From Mobula hypostoma (taxonomy: Eukaryota), in contig NC_086097.1 of assembly GCF_963921235.1 (NCBI RefSeq), positions 197,720,001 to 197,784,000 on the forward strand: 64,000 bases of DNA, given 5' to 3'. Below, piece by piece: positions 11,191-23,250 of the stretch (its first letter is position 1; each line of letters opens with the position of its first letter). The translations under genes were made by a program, and so were the position numbers. The notes under the pieces were generated by a model that saw only the letters and a list, made by a program, of their open reading frames with translations, had not been told where the DNA came from and made no database searches.

Positions 11191-13665
11191 ATACAATGTG
11201 GATATGTGGAAATTTACTGAAAGCTGCTTTTAGAATTCATGTTTGAAGGTCCATGTGAATGTGTCTTGTGTAAGTAGCTGTTGGACTTCCGCTTATGCAG
11301 CATTCTGTGTTTATGGCCATAATTTTTGGGCCAACAGATGTTTAAAGATCGGATGCAGCATTCTGGTAATTATACTTATTCTAGCTCTTTGAGTCTTTTC
11401 CATGTAGCCTCAGACTTCAGCATTTTTCCCTGTAGCATTTCAAATTAATTTCCATCACAATCCTGGTACTACTACTTGTTGCTATGGAAATATTTCCAAC
11501 AGATTTTCAAGTAGTGCGTTCCTTATCTTAAAATCCTTTCTGCTCTTTTCATAATTATTTTATATCTAAAAACCTCTGTTGTCTAACCAACTGATATGGC
11601 AAAAGGAACATTTGCCACATACTAACTCATTTATTATATGTTCTCTTAAACTTGCCCAGTCTCTACACATGACACAAGGTACTCATCCATGTTATTATCC
11701 TGTTAAATTTCTCTTCAGACTTTCAGGTACCTCATGCCCTTCTTACAATATAGTGCCTGAATGAACCTCTCACAAGTATGGTTTTCCGTATTTCCCTTCA
11801 TATCCATCAAAAGTCCAGCTTTGACCTCCAGTTCCCCTCAAAACTCTATTTTATCTAATCAAATCAGCACCTATCTGTTAAAATCTGTTCAACAAAGTCC
11901 ACAAATCTGTTCAACTCCATCCAATCAGATTTAAGAGCACCGTTCTGTATCAGCCCCAAATGACATTCTGTGCAACCTGATAAAATATCCACATCATGTT
12001 CTACTGCTGCAGTCTCTGACCCAACTGGCTACAATATCATCCTCTATTTTCTCTGTTATTGAGTTGTTTACTTTATCGATCATGAGAGCCATTTACAATA
12101 ACTTCTCTTTGTATTCTACAGTATTGGTGTTAGGATTCTGAATGTGTGTTTCTCATTTACCTGTTGCCCACAGCAGCAACATTTGAAAGCTAATTCATTA
12201 TCTCTCTCTAAGGAAGATCTCCAATTTTGCTTTGGAGCCCCTTTCTCAAGTTTTGCACTGAATCTGATATTTTAAACATTTTAATCTTTAGGGACTTAAT
12301 ATGCAGAAATTTTCTCCAGTTAATTATTGGTGAAATTGATGGTGGTGTCATCAGTTTTCTGCTACAAATGCTGTTCCCATGAAATGGATATACTTACTTC
12401 CTGATAATGAACTTAATTAACCCAAATGTTTTCTCAATTATGAAGGTTATCCACTTGTACACCTCCAAAGCTCATTTGCATTGCCCAGTCCAGGCTCTAC
12501 TTTAGCCGATACAAAGAGCACGTTGTGCAGACAAAAATAATAGACTGCACAGAGAAGAGAAAGAGGTAAGGGAGGTGGGGTAGCACTCTTAATTAAGGAT
12601 GAGATCAGGGTGATAGTGAGAGACGATATAAGATCTAAGGAGTAGAATGTTGAATCCATCTGGGTAGAGATTAGGAATAGTAAAGGGAAAAATAATCACT
12701 GGTGGGAGTTGTCTATAGGCCACATTACAGTGGCACAGTCAATAAACTGAGAAATATCTGAGGCATGTAAGAATGGAACATCCGTTATCGTGGTGGACTT
12801 TAACTTGCACATAGATTGGGTGAATCATGTTGGTCAAGGCAGTCTTGAGGAGGACTTCACAGAATGCATACATGATATGTTTCTTGAACAACAAAGGAAC
12901 CTGCTATCTTGGATCTGGTCCTGTGCAATGAGACAGGTAAAATTAGTAATCTTGTAATTAGGGATCCTCTTGGAAAGAGTGATCACAGCATGACTGTGTT
13001 TCTCATACAAATGAAGGATGTGATGGTCCTAGTGTTTTATGCCTAAACAATGGAGACTACAATGGTATAAGGGAGGATTGGCTAGTGTAGACTGGTAACA
13101 CAGTCTATATAGTGGGACAGTTGAGGAACAGTGGAAGAATTTCAAAGATTTTTTTCACAGTGCTCAACAAAAATTTATTCTAGTTAAAAGCAAGGACAGT
13201 AAGGGTTGAGAGGACCAGCCATGAATAACTAAGGAGATAAAGCAAGGCATCAAACTAAAAGCTCATGTGTACAAAGTCACCAAGAGTAGTGAGAAACTGG
13301 AAGATTGGGAAAACTTTGAAAAGCAACAAAGAAGCACTAAGTGAGTAATAAAGGGAAGATAGATTATGAAAATAAACTGGCACAAAATTGAAAAATGGAT
13401 AGGAAAAGTTTTTATAATTATATAAAGTGGAAAAGGGTGGCCAAAGTGAACGTAGGTCCCTTGGAGGATGAGAAGAGGGAATTGATATTGGGTAATGAGG
13501 AAATGGCTGGGGCTTTGACTGTTGCGTTGTTTTTCACAGTGGAGGACATCCCTAATGTCCAGAAGAGAGATGATATGGATGCGTTGGGAGGTGAGGACCT
13601 CAATACAATAGCTATCTCTATAGAGGTAGTGCTGAGCAAACTTGTGGGCCTAAAGATAGACAAAT

Positions 13666-15488
13666 AGAAACATAGAAACATAGAAAATAGGTGCAGAAGT
13701 AGGCCATTTGGCCCTTCGAGCCTGCACCGCCATTTATTATGATCATGGCTGATCATCCAACTCAGAACCCCGCCCCAGCCTTCCCTCCATACCCCCTGAC
13801 CCCCATAGCCACAAGGGCCATATCTAACTCCCTCTTAAATATAGCCAATGAACTGGCCTCAACTGTTTCCTGTGGCAGAGAATTCCACAGATTCACCACT
13901 CTCTGTGTGAAGAAGTTTTTCCTAATCTCGGTCCTAAAAGGCTTCCCCTCTATCCTCAAACTGTGGCCCCTCATTTTGGACTTCCCCAACATCGGGAACA
14001 ATCTTCCTGCATCTAGCCTGTCCAATCCCTTTAGGATCTTATACGTTTCAATCAGATCCCCCCTCAATCTTCTAAATTCCAACGAGTACAAGCCCAGTTC
14101 ATCCAGTCTTTCTTCATATGAAAGTCCTGCCATCCCAGGAATCAATCTGGTGAACCTTCTTTGTACCCCCTCAATGGCAAGGATGTCTTTCCTCAGATTA
14201 GGGGACCAAAACTGCACACAATACTCCAGGTGTGGTCTCACCAAGGCCTTGTACAACTGCAGCAGTACCTCCCTGCTCCTGTACTCGAATCCTCTCGCTA
14301 TAAATGCCAGCATACCATTCGCCTTTTTCACCGCCTGCTGTACCTGCATGCCCACTTTCAATGACTGGTGTATAATGACACCCAGGTCTCATTGCACCTC
14401 CCCTTTTCCTAATCGGCCACCATTCAGATAATAATCTGTTTTCCTATTTTTGCCACCAAAGTGGATAACTTCACATTTATCCACATTAAATTGCATCTGC
14501 CATGAATTTGCCCACTCACCCAACCTATCCAAGTCACCCTGCATCCTCTTAGCATCCTCCTCACAGCTAACACTGCCACCCAGCTTCGTGTCATCCGCAA
14601 ACTTGGAGATGCTGCATTTAATTCCCTCATCCAAGTCATTAATATATATTGTAAACAACTGGGGTCCCAGCACTGAGCCTTGTGGTACCCCACTAGTCAC
14701 CGCCTGCCATTCTGAAAAGGTCCCGTTTATTCCCACTCTTTGCTTCCTGTCTGCTAACCAATTCTCCACCCACACCAATACCTTACCCCCAATACCGTGT
14801 GCTTTAAGTTTGCACACTAATCTCCTGTGTGGGACCTTGTCAAAAGCCTTTTGAAAATCCAAATATACCACATCCACTGGTTCTCCCCTATCCACTCTAC
14901 TAGTTACATCCTCAAATAATTCTATGAGATTCGTCAGACATGATTTTCCTTTCACAAATCCATGCTGACTTTGTCCGATGATTTCACCGCTTTCCAAATG
15001 TGCTGTTATCACATCTTTGATAACTGACTCCAGCAGTTTCCCCACCACCGACGTTAGGCTAACCGGTCTATAATTCCCCAGTTTCTCTCTCCCTCCTTTT
15101 TTAAAAAGTGGAGTTACATTAGCCACCCTCCAATCCTCAGGAACTAGTCCAGAATCTTAACGAGTTTTGAAAAATTATCACTAATGCATCCACTATTTCT
15201 TGGGCTACTTCCTTAAGCACTCTAGGATGCAGACCATCTGGCCCTGGGGATTTATCGGCCTTCAATCCCTTCAATTTACCTAACACCACTTCCCTACTAA
15301 CATGTATTTCGCTCAGTTCCTCCATCTCACTGGACCCTCTGTCCCCTACTATTTCTGGAAGATTATGTATGTTCTCCTTAGTGAAGACAGAACCAAAGTA
15401 ATTATTCAATTGGTCTGCCATGTCCTTGCTCCCCATAATCAATTCACCTGTTTCTGTCTGCAGGGGACCTACATTTGTCTTTACCAGT
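13666..15488 (-). mobile_element. Young 5'-truncated CR1 LINE nested in the older CR1
   Basis: ORFs 15137-15442, 14389-15126 and 13762-14361 give a nearly intact RT (YLDFQKAFDKVPH, GVPQGSVLGP, FADDTKLGG). There is one in-frame TGA at 14389-14391 and a frameshift near 15150. The 3' (atagaaac)n microsatellite is at 13666-13686. Confidence 0.95.
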
Positions 15489-17616
15489 AGATGGCAGAGG
15501 TCCTGATGGAATGCATCCCAGGATACTGAAAGAAATGGCAGAAGTTATAGTTGAGGCTTTGGTGATAATTTAGCAAAATTCTTTGAATCCTGGGTGGGTC
15601 TTGGTGGACTGGAAGAAGGTGAATATCACGTCACTGTTCTAAAAAGGATGTGAGCAAAAAAGCAGGCAACTGTAGGCGAGTTAGTTTCACATCTGTAGTT
15701 GGGAAAATGCTTGAAGCTATCATTAAAGAAGAAATAGCGAGGCATCTGGAAAGAAATCGATACATCAGGCAGATGCAGCATGGATTCAGCAAAGGCAGGT
15801 CCTGTTTGACAAACTTACTGGAGTTCTTTGAGGTTTGTAACAAGTGTAGTGGATAGCGGGGAACAGATGGACGTTATATCCTTGGATTTCCACACGACAT
15901 TTGAAAAGGTGCCACATAAAAGACTAATACATTAGATAAGGATACTTAGAGTTGGGGGTGATGTATTAGTATGGATAGAGAATTGGTTAGCTAACAGAAA
16001 GCAGAGAGTTTGGATACATGTGTTTTTCTCTGGTTGGCAATCAGTGGTGAGCAGTGTGCCACAGGGGTCAGTTCTGGGCTAGCAACTATTCATGATATAC
16101 ATTAATGATCTGGAAGAGGGGACCGAGTGTAGTGTATCTAATTTTGCTGATGACACTAAACTGAGTGGAAAAGCAAATTGTACAGAGGATACAGAGAGTC
16201 TGCAGAAAGGTATAGATTAGGGGTCACCAACCTGTCGATCGCGATCGACCGTTCGATCTTTGAGACTTTCCCAGTAGATCCCGAAGAAAATTCAAAAATA
16301 AATACACAAATGCTGTTGTAATGTGAGCATTATAAAAGTAAGTAATAGTAATTAGGATAATGGTAATATAGCAGTATTTTCACTAAAAAGCTGTTTGTAA
16401 AGAGAGTTTGTTTCCGGGTTGCGGGGGTTTAGTTCCGTTCTTTCTGCCCAGTGTGCATGTGTGTAGTTCCCCCGCTGTGCACCGCATTTTCAGCATAGCC
16501 TGTGCTGCATCAAAGTGACCAATTAGATTAGGTAACAGTACAGACTGTCGCAAACATCAATATACGGCAGTGTCCCCAACCCTTGGGCCGTGAAGCATGC
16601 AGGGGTGCAGCAGTAGTCAGGATGCACACAGCACATCTTTAAGAAAAAAAGCCGAAATAAACAAGCTAATTAATTAGGTGAATGTGGGCTCAGATCAGAG
16701 GCGACACAATCGGCAATCGCTCGTGATATCCTGATAGCATAGCGGAGGCTCCACGAAAGAAGGCGAAAACATACAAATTCCATCCAGAATGGGAAGAGGA
16801 ATTTCTGTTTACCTTTGTGAAAGACAAGTGTGTATGTATGTTGTGGCACCAAACACAAGCACTGACTAAAAGATGGAATCTGGAGTGGCACCACAACACC
16901 AACCATCAGGAATTTAAAGACACCTGCCCACCAAAGAGCGCAATTCGTGCCAGGAAAGTTGAGCTGAAATCGGGGTTGAAGGCCCAGCAATCGTTTTCCA
17001 CAAAACATGCTGCTCAAAATAAGGCTGCTATTGAAACATCATTTCATGTAAGTCACCTTTTGGCTAAAACACAAGAAGCCTTTTACAGACGGCAATTTTT
17101 TCAAGGAAGCAATGGTCATTACCGCAGAGACTGTTTTTAATTACTTTAAAAACAAAAACGGCATCACAACCGCAATACATAATATACCGCTTGGCCCTGC
17201 AACAGTGACAAGGAGGGTAGAATCACCGTCAGAGGACATGAATATTTTTCACTACAGTTCGATGAATCCCTGGATGTAATGCAAACAGCTCAGCTTGTTG
17301 TATTTGTCAGAATTGCTTTCCAGGATTTTACAACAAAGGAGGACTTCCTCACTCTTTTGCAATTAAAGGAAAGAACGAGAAGTGAGGATATCTATAATGA
17401 GTTTAAAAAATATGTCAGTGAAAATGACAACCCCATTCATAAACTGGTGGCAATTACTACTGATGGGGCCCCAGCAATGCACAGTGTGCACGTTAGTTTT
17501 ATAGCACTGAAAGTCAGTGCCTACTTCGGGTCAACTTATCTATGTGAACTTGCATTTTCACAGATGAAAATTATTAAATCTAAGTACGGGAGCTGACTTA
17601 CTGACAGATACCTCAC

Positions 17617-19431
17617 TAGGGTTGCCAACTTTCTCACTCCCAAATAACGGACAAAAGTAGTAGTCAAATCCCGGGACATTTGTGTTTACCCCAAGAAAGA
17701 CTACCATGAACATGAAGCCTTGCGTGGGCACCTGTGTGCTCATGCGCGTACGTGCTGATTTTTTTACCCCACGAATCGGTTTTTCGTTATTTCTACTTTA
17801 TATAGGCTGTGTATTTATCTGTCATATCATTCCTGCTTTTACTATACATTAGTGTTATTTCAAGTTTTATGTGTTATTTGGTAGGTTATTTTTTTGAGTC
17901 TGGGAACGCTCAAAATTTTTTTCCATATAAATTAATGGTAATTGCTTCTTCGGTGTAAAGCATTTTGGCATGAAAGGTTTCATAGGAACGCTGTACCTTA
18001 GCGGGGGGAATACATAGTCATAGTCATACTTTATTAATCCCGGGGGAAACTGGTTTTTGTTACAGTTGCTCCATAAATAATAAATAGTAATAGAACCATA
18101 AACAGTTAAATAGTAATATGTAAATTATCTCAGTAAATTATAAAATAAGTCCAGGACCAGCCTATTGGCTCAGGATGTCTGACCCTCCAAGGGAGGAGTT
18201 GTACAGTTTGATGGCCACAGGCAGGAATGACTTCCTATGATGCTCAGTGCTGCATCTCGGTGGAATGAGTCTCTGGCTGAATGTACTCCTGTGCCCACCC
18301 AGTACATATGTAGTGGATGGGAGACATTGACCAAGATGGCATGCAACTTAGACAGCATCCTCTTTTTAGACACCGCCGTGAGAGAGTCCAGTTCCATCCC
18401 CACAACATCACTGGCCTTACGAATGAGTTTGTTGATTCTGTTGGTGTCTGCCACCCTCAGCCTGCTGCCCCAGCACACAACAGCAAACATGATAGCACTG
18501 GCCACCACAGACTCGTAGAACATCCTCAGCATCGTCCGGCAGATGTTAAAGGACCTCAGTCTCCTCAGGAAATAGAGACGGCTCTGACCCTTCTTGTAGA
18601 CAGCCTCAGTGTTCTTTGACCAGTCCAGTTTATTGTCAATTCGTATCCCCAGGTATTTGTAATCCTCCACCATGTCCACACTGACCCCCCTGGATGGAAA
18701 CAGGGGTCACCGGTACCTTAGCTCTCCTTAGGTCTACCACCAGCTCCTTAGTCTTTTTCACATTAACCTGCAGATAATTCTGTTCACACCATGTGACAAA
18801 GTTTCCTACCGTAGCCCTGTACTCAGCCTCATCTCCCTTGCTGATGCATCCAACTATGGCAGAGTCATCCGAAAACTTCTGAAGATGACAAGACTCTGTG
18901 CAGTAGTTGAAGTCTGAGGTGTAAATGGTGAAGAGAAAGGGAGACAAGACAGTCCCCTGTGGAGCCCCAGTGCTGCTGATCACTCTGTCGGACACACAGT
19001 GTTGCAAGCACATGTACTGTGGTCTGCCAGTCAGGTAATCAAGAATCCATGATACAAGGGAAGCATCCACCTGCATTGCTGTCAGCTTCTCCCCCAGCAG
19101 AGCAGGGCGGATAGTGTTGAACGCATTGGAGAAGTCAAAAAACATGACCCTCACAGTGCTCGCTGGCTTGTCCAGGTGGGCGTAGACACGGTTCAGCAGG
19201 AAGACGATGGCATCCTCAACTCCTAGTCGGGGCTGGTAGGCGAACTGGAGGGGATCTAAGTGTGGCCTGACCATAGGCCGGAGCAGCTGCAGAACAAGTC
19301 TCTCCAGGGTCTTCATGATGTGGGAGGTCAATGCCACCGGTCTGTAGTCATTGAGGCCGCTGGAGCGCGGCGTCTTTGGCACAGGGACGAGGCAGGACGT
19401 CTTCCACAATACAGGACAGTCGGCAAGCCTA
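17617..19431. mobile_element. hAT-type MITE inserted into the transposase 3' end
   Basis: Termini tagggttgcc / ggcaagccta. The 8-bp TSD is tacctcac (17609-17616) and cacctcac (19432-19439). Confidence 0.8.
18015..19407 (-). mobile_element. Young 5'-truncated Rex1 LINE
   Basis: ORFs 18636-19439 and 18170-18679 contain DYRPVALTS, FFDFSNAFNTI, GAPQGTVLSPFLF, FSDDSAIVG and KKGQSRLYFLRRLRSF. It has a (catagt)n tail and a candidate TSD aataca at 18009-18014 and 19408-19413. Confidence 0.92.
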
Positions 19432-20599
19432 CACCTCACAGACTGTCTCAGACTGACTGTCTGTAGTTATGAGCTAAATTTCAGGGAACTAGCAGAAAGT
19501 ATTTAGCCCCAGTCATCACACTGAGTGCAACAGTCAATTTTTATTCATTTATTTTTCGTGTTGAAATAAAATTAAATAATGAAACTTCGAAATAAAGGTG
19601 TGAAGTATTGTAATATTCTTAAAGAAAGACAGCTATGGCCTGTTTGATATGCTAGTTACAGTGTTTTCTTGTTTCAATTAATTTGAAAGTTTGACAAAAG
19701 TATTTTGTGTAATTCAAATACAATTCACCCAAATAAAAGGCCTCAAATTTAAGTACAATCTGAGCTGTTTTTTCTCTAAACGATTTAGTAGGTAGATCTT
19801 GCCTTTCACTGAGGTCGAGTTAGAGAATTTTGGGCTTAAAAAGGTTGGTGACCACTAGTATAGATAGATTAAGTGAGAGGGTAAGGGTTTGGCAGATGGA
19901 GTACAATGTTGCTAAATGCGAGGTCATCCACTTTGGAAGGAAAACTGGAAGCTCAGATTATTATTTAGATGTTCAAAGATTGCAGCATGGTGCTGTTTAG
20001 AGGGGCTTGAAAGAGCTTGTGCATGAATCACAAAAGGTTGGTTTGCAGATGCAGCAGGCTATCAAGAAAATAAATAGAATGTTAGTCTTCATAGCTTGAG
20101 GGATTGAAATTAAGTGCAGGGAGGTTATGCTGCAACTGTATAGGGTACTGGAGAGGCCACATCTGGAGCACTGCATGGAGTTCTGGTCTCTTCACTTGAA
20201 GAAGGATATATTGGCTTTGGAGGCGGTGCGGAGGAGGTTCACCAGGTTGATTCCAGAGATGAGGGAGTTAGACAATGAGGAGAGATTGAGTCGCCTGGGA
20301 CTGTACTCATTGCAATTCAGAAGGATGAGAGGAAATCTTATAGAAGCATAAAATTATGAGGCAGAAAAGTTATTTCCTCTGGTAGGTAAGACTAGAACTA
20401 GGGGACATAGCCTCAAGATTTGAGGGAGTAAATTTAGGACAGAGATGAGGAGGAACTGCTTTTCCCAGAAGATGGTGAATCTGTGGAATTCTCTGTGCAA
20501 TGAAGCAGTGGAGGCTACCTTAGTAAATATATTTAAGACAAGTTTGGATAGATTTTTGCATAGTAGGGGAATTAAGGGTTATGGGGAAAAGGCAAGTAT

Positions 20600-21330
20600 A
20601 GAACATAGAATAATACCGCACCCTGCAATAGAGTCAACTGAAGGTAAATTAAGAAAGGTATTGGATAATGCCACAGCATTGTTCAAGGATGGCAATGGAA
20701 GACTCAAACATGAAGGGTAAAATTGTGCTAAATGAAAATGCAACACCAAATTTTACAAGGCCTGTCCAGTTCCTTATACTATCCATGATAACATAGCCTG
20801 TGAGCTGGATTACATGGAGGTTGAAGGAATTCATTCCAAGTTTGAGTGGAGGCCATGGACAAGGTCAGTGGTTCCAGTAGCCAAGGAGAATGGGTCTGCA
20901 AGGATTTGTGTTGATTTTAAGGTTACCATTACCCAAGTACTGAAAATAGATCAATTTCCTTTGCCCAGGATAGAGGTTATCTTTGCAAACTTATAGATGG
21001 AGTTGGAAGAAGAGTCCAGGATGTTTCTCACCAAGGGCTTTACTGCTATAATAGGCTTACTTTTGGAGTAGCATCAGTACCTGCACTCTGGCAGAAAGTT
21101 ATGGACCAGGTGCTTCAAGGCTGCCCTGGCACCGAATGTTACCTAGATGACATGATAGTTACTGATAAGGATGACAAGGAACACCTCCAACATCTCAAGA
21201 CAATGTTAAAAAGATTAGAAGATTATTATCCTGAGCACGATGCTACAAGTCTGAAGTCCTTAAACCAAGCATCACTTACTGTGGTCACACTATTGATGCA
21301 CAAATATCATGCAAGTCTGCTGAGAAAACT
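20600..21330 (+). mobile_element. Gypsy LTR-retrotransposon pol (RT) remnant
   Basis: VVPVAKENGSARICVDFKVT, FPLPRIE, FGVASVPALWQKVMDQVLQG...YLDDMIVT. Confidence 0.85.
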
Positions 21331-21492
21331 AAAGCCAAACTAAACTAAAACTAACAAGGACTAAGCATAAATACGTGACTATACTCATTTACCTCTACCA
21401 CGTCCAGACCAATGTGACAAATTACCATAACCCATAATAAATGTGCAACACACAGGACAATACACACAGACGGAAAATAGATATGTGGTTCC

Positions 21493-21798
21493 TACACACT
21501 GGATGTTTGTTGCCTTTTGCACCATTCTCTGTAAATTCTAGAGACAGTTATGCATGAAAATCCCAGGAGGTCACTGGTTTCTGAGGTACTCAAACCACCC
21601 CATCTGGCACCAACAATCATTCCACAGTCAAAGTCACTTAGATTACATATTTCCCATTCTGATATTTCATCTGAATCACAGTTGAGTCTCTCGATCATGT
21701 CTGCATACTTTTATGTATTGAGTTGCTGCCACATTTTTAGCTGATTAGATATTTGCATTAACGAACAGGTGTACCTAAAAAAGTGGCCACTAAGTGTA
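21493..21798 (-). mobile_element. Tc1-like transposon 5' fragment
   Basis: ORF LSDFDCGMIVGARWGGLSTSETSDLLGFS..TVSRIYREW is a Tc1 N-terminal HTH. The minus-strand terminus reads TA|cacttagtggccac. Confidence 0.8.
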
Positions 21799-22262
21799 GG
21801 ATATGCGGTGTTTTCTATTGTTTTGCTATCAGAATTGAATATTCAGTAATGGATCTAAAACTTTTCATTTCTTAAAGGGCTTGACGGGTTAAATTATGAA
21901 TTGTATATTTTCATTCAATTGATAGCAGTGGCATTAAATAACTAACATTGTTTTTCATCTTTCCTCCTATGCTATTGTAGACCAATCACTAACTATTCAG
22001 TTAGTGGCAATAAAATGCAGTGAATGGTAGCCTAGCCTCACAATTGACCGTGCATTAACACCTGCTAATCTTACAATTTATATTAATTCACTTAAATTAA
22101 GCTAATTTCTTAAAATATACTTTTCTCCAATTTTCTCTTTATCATTATTACCTTCAGCAGAGACATTCATGAATAACTTCCATGAGTGGCTCCGCTTTCT
22201 CTCCAGTTATTATTTATACATGAGGCTGGGTAATGAGTAGTACTGAAATAAGAATTATTACT

Positions 22263-22490
22263 ATAGTCTCTTGAAAAAGTACTCAGCCCCCACAACTATT
22301 GTCATATTTTACTGTCTCATTCTCTAAATTAAAAATATATTGAAGTAGAATATTTGAGCTAATCTACAAAATATTGTGCATCATATCAAATCAAAAGAAA
22401 AATTCCAAAACCTGTTAACAACTTATTAAAAATTAAAAAACAAAATTGTGAGGCTGAAAAGGTATTCATCTTCTTTGTAATTTATGTGCT
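22263..22490. mobile_element. Tc1-like terminal fragment
   Basis: tagtctcttgaaaaagtactcagcccc resembles a Tc1-type TIR. An internal inner repeat (aaaaggtattcatc) is near 22460. Confidence 0.45.
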
Positions 22491-22504
22491 AGCTTTTCTC
22501 GGGT

Positions 22505-23250
22505 GTAGTATATTACCTCCTCCTGTGAAGAATGGGGGTTCCCTTTCTCTACTATTGATACTGCCCTTGCCCTCATCTCTTCCATTTCCCATACATCCAC
22601 ACCCACCTTAATACTGATAGAGTTCCCCTTGTGCTGACCAACCACCTCATCAGCCTCTGCAACTTCCACCATCTCCAAAGCAATCCTATCAATAAACATA
22701 TCTTTACCCCCCAGATTTTCCACAGGGATCGCTCCCTCCGTGATTCCTTTGTCCCTCTGGTACTTATCCCTGCAGGTGGCCTAAGTGCTACACTTGCCCA
22801 TATACCACCTCCCTCACCCCTTCATTCAGGGCCCTAGGCAGTCCTTCCATGTGAGACAAAACTTCACCTATGAATATGCTGGGGTCATCTATTGTGACCA
22901 GTGCTCCTGATGCATCCTCCTCTACATGGGTGAGATCCATCATAAATTAGGGGATTACTTCAACGAGCACCCCTGCATCATCCACCGCAAGCGAGAATTC
23001 CCGGTGGCCTTCCCTTTCTCCTATGGTGCATTCCCCTCTCCTATCGGATTTCTCCAGCCCTTGACCTTGCCTACCCACTTGGCTTCACCTATCACCTCCC
23101 ATCTTGCCTCCTTCCCCTCTCCCCACCTTTTTAATCTGACATCTTCCCCCTTCTCAGTGCTGAAGAAGGATGTCAGCCGACTATATATTCATTTCCATAG
23201 ATGTTGCCTGACTTGCTGAGATCCTCCAACATTTTGTGTGTGTTGCAATA
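22505..23250 (+). mobile_element. Old Penelope-like element 3' part
   Basis: Decayed GTYPC...CYTCPY...GVIYC..C...LYMGE...LGDYFNEH. A degenerate hammerhead region is at ~23155-23180, followed by the same terminal text as 9720-9775. Confidence 0.85.

Larger units (their letters stand above)
16218..19857 (+). mobile_element. hAT DNA transposon (Charlie/GTF2IRD2-like), internally deleted
   Basis: Terminal inverted repeats (TIRs) taggggtcaccaacct / aggttggtgaccacta with 1 mismatch. Exact 8-bp TSD gtatagat at 16210-16217 and 19858-19865. Transposase remnants at ~16750-17616 and 19432-19524: CVCM...HH, FDESLD, ITTDGAPAM, FGSTYLCELAFSQMK, LTD.HL.DCLRL, QSSH*. Confidence 0.92.
12440..20596 (+). mobile_element. 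Old CR1 ORF2 acting as host element (pieces 12440-13665, ~15500-16217, 19858-20596)
   Basis: Continuous CR1 ORF2 logic across the insertions: GGGVAL/ESIWVE (endonuclease), LKIDK|GPDGMHPRILKE, QHGFSKGRSCLTNLLEFFE, FADDTKLSG, RPHLEHCMEFWS, VNLWNSL. Confidence 0.9.

Noticed and set aside
11850..12060. Possible ancient L2-like RT remnant (QSDLR..NDIL-like text)
   Set aside because: Too degenerate to call from sequence alone.
13739..14854. Long plus-strand ORFs (230 aa and 134 aa)
   Set aside because: They are antisense shadows of the CR1 RT.
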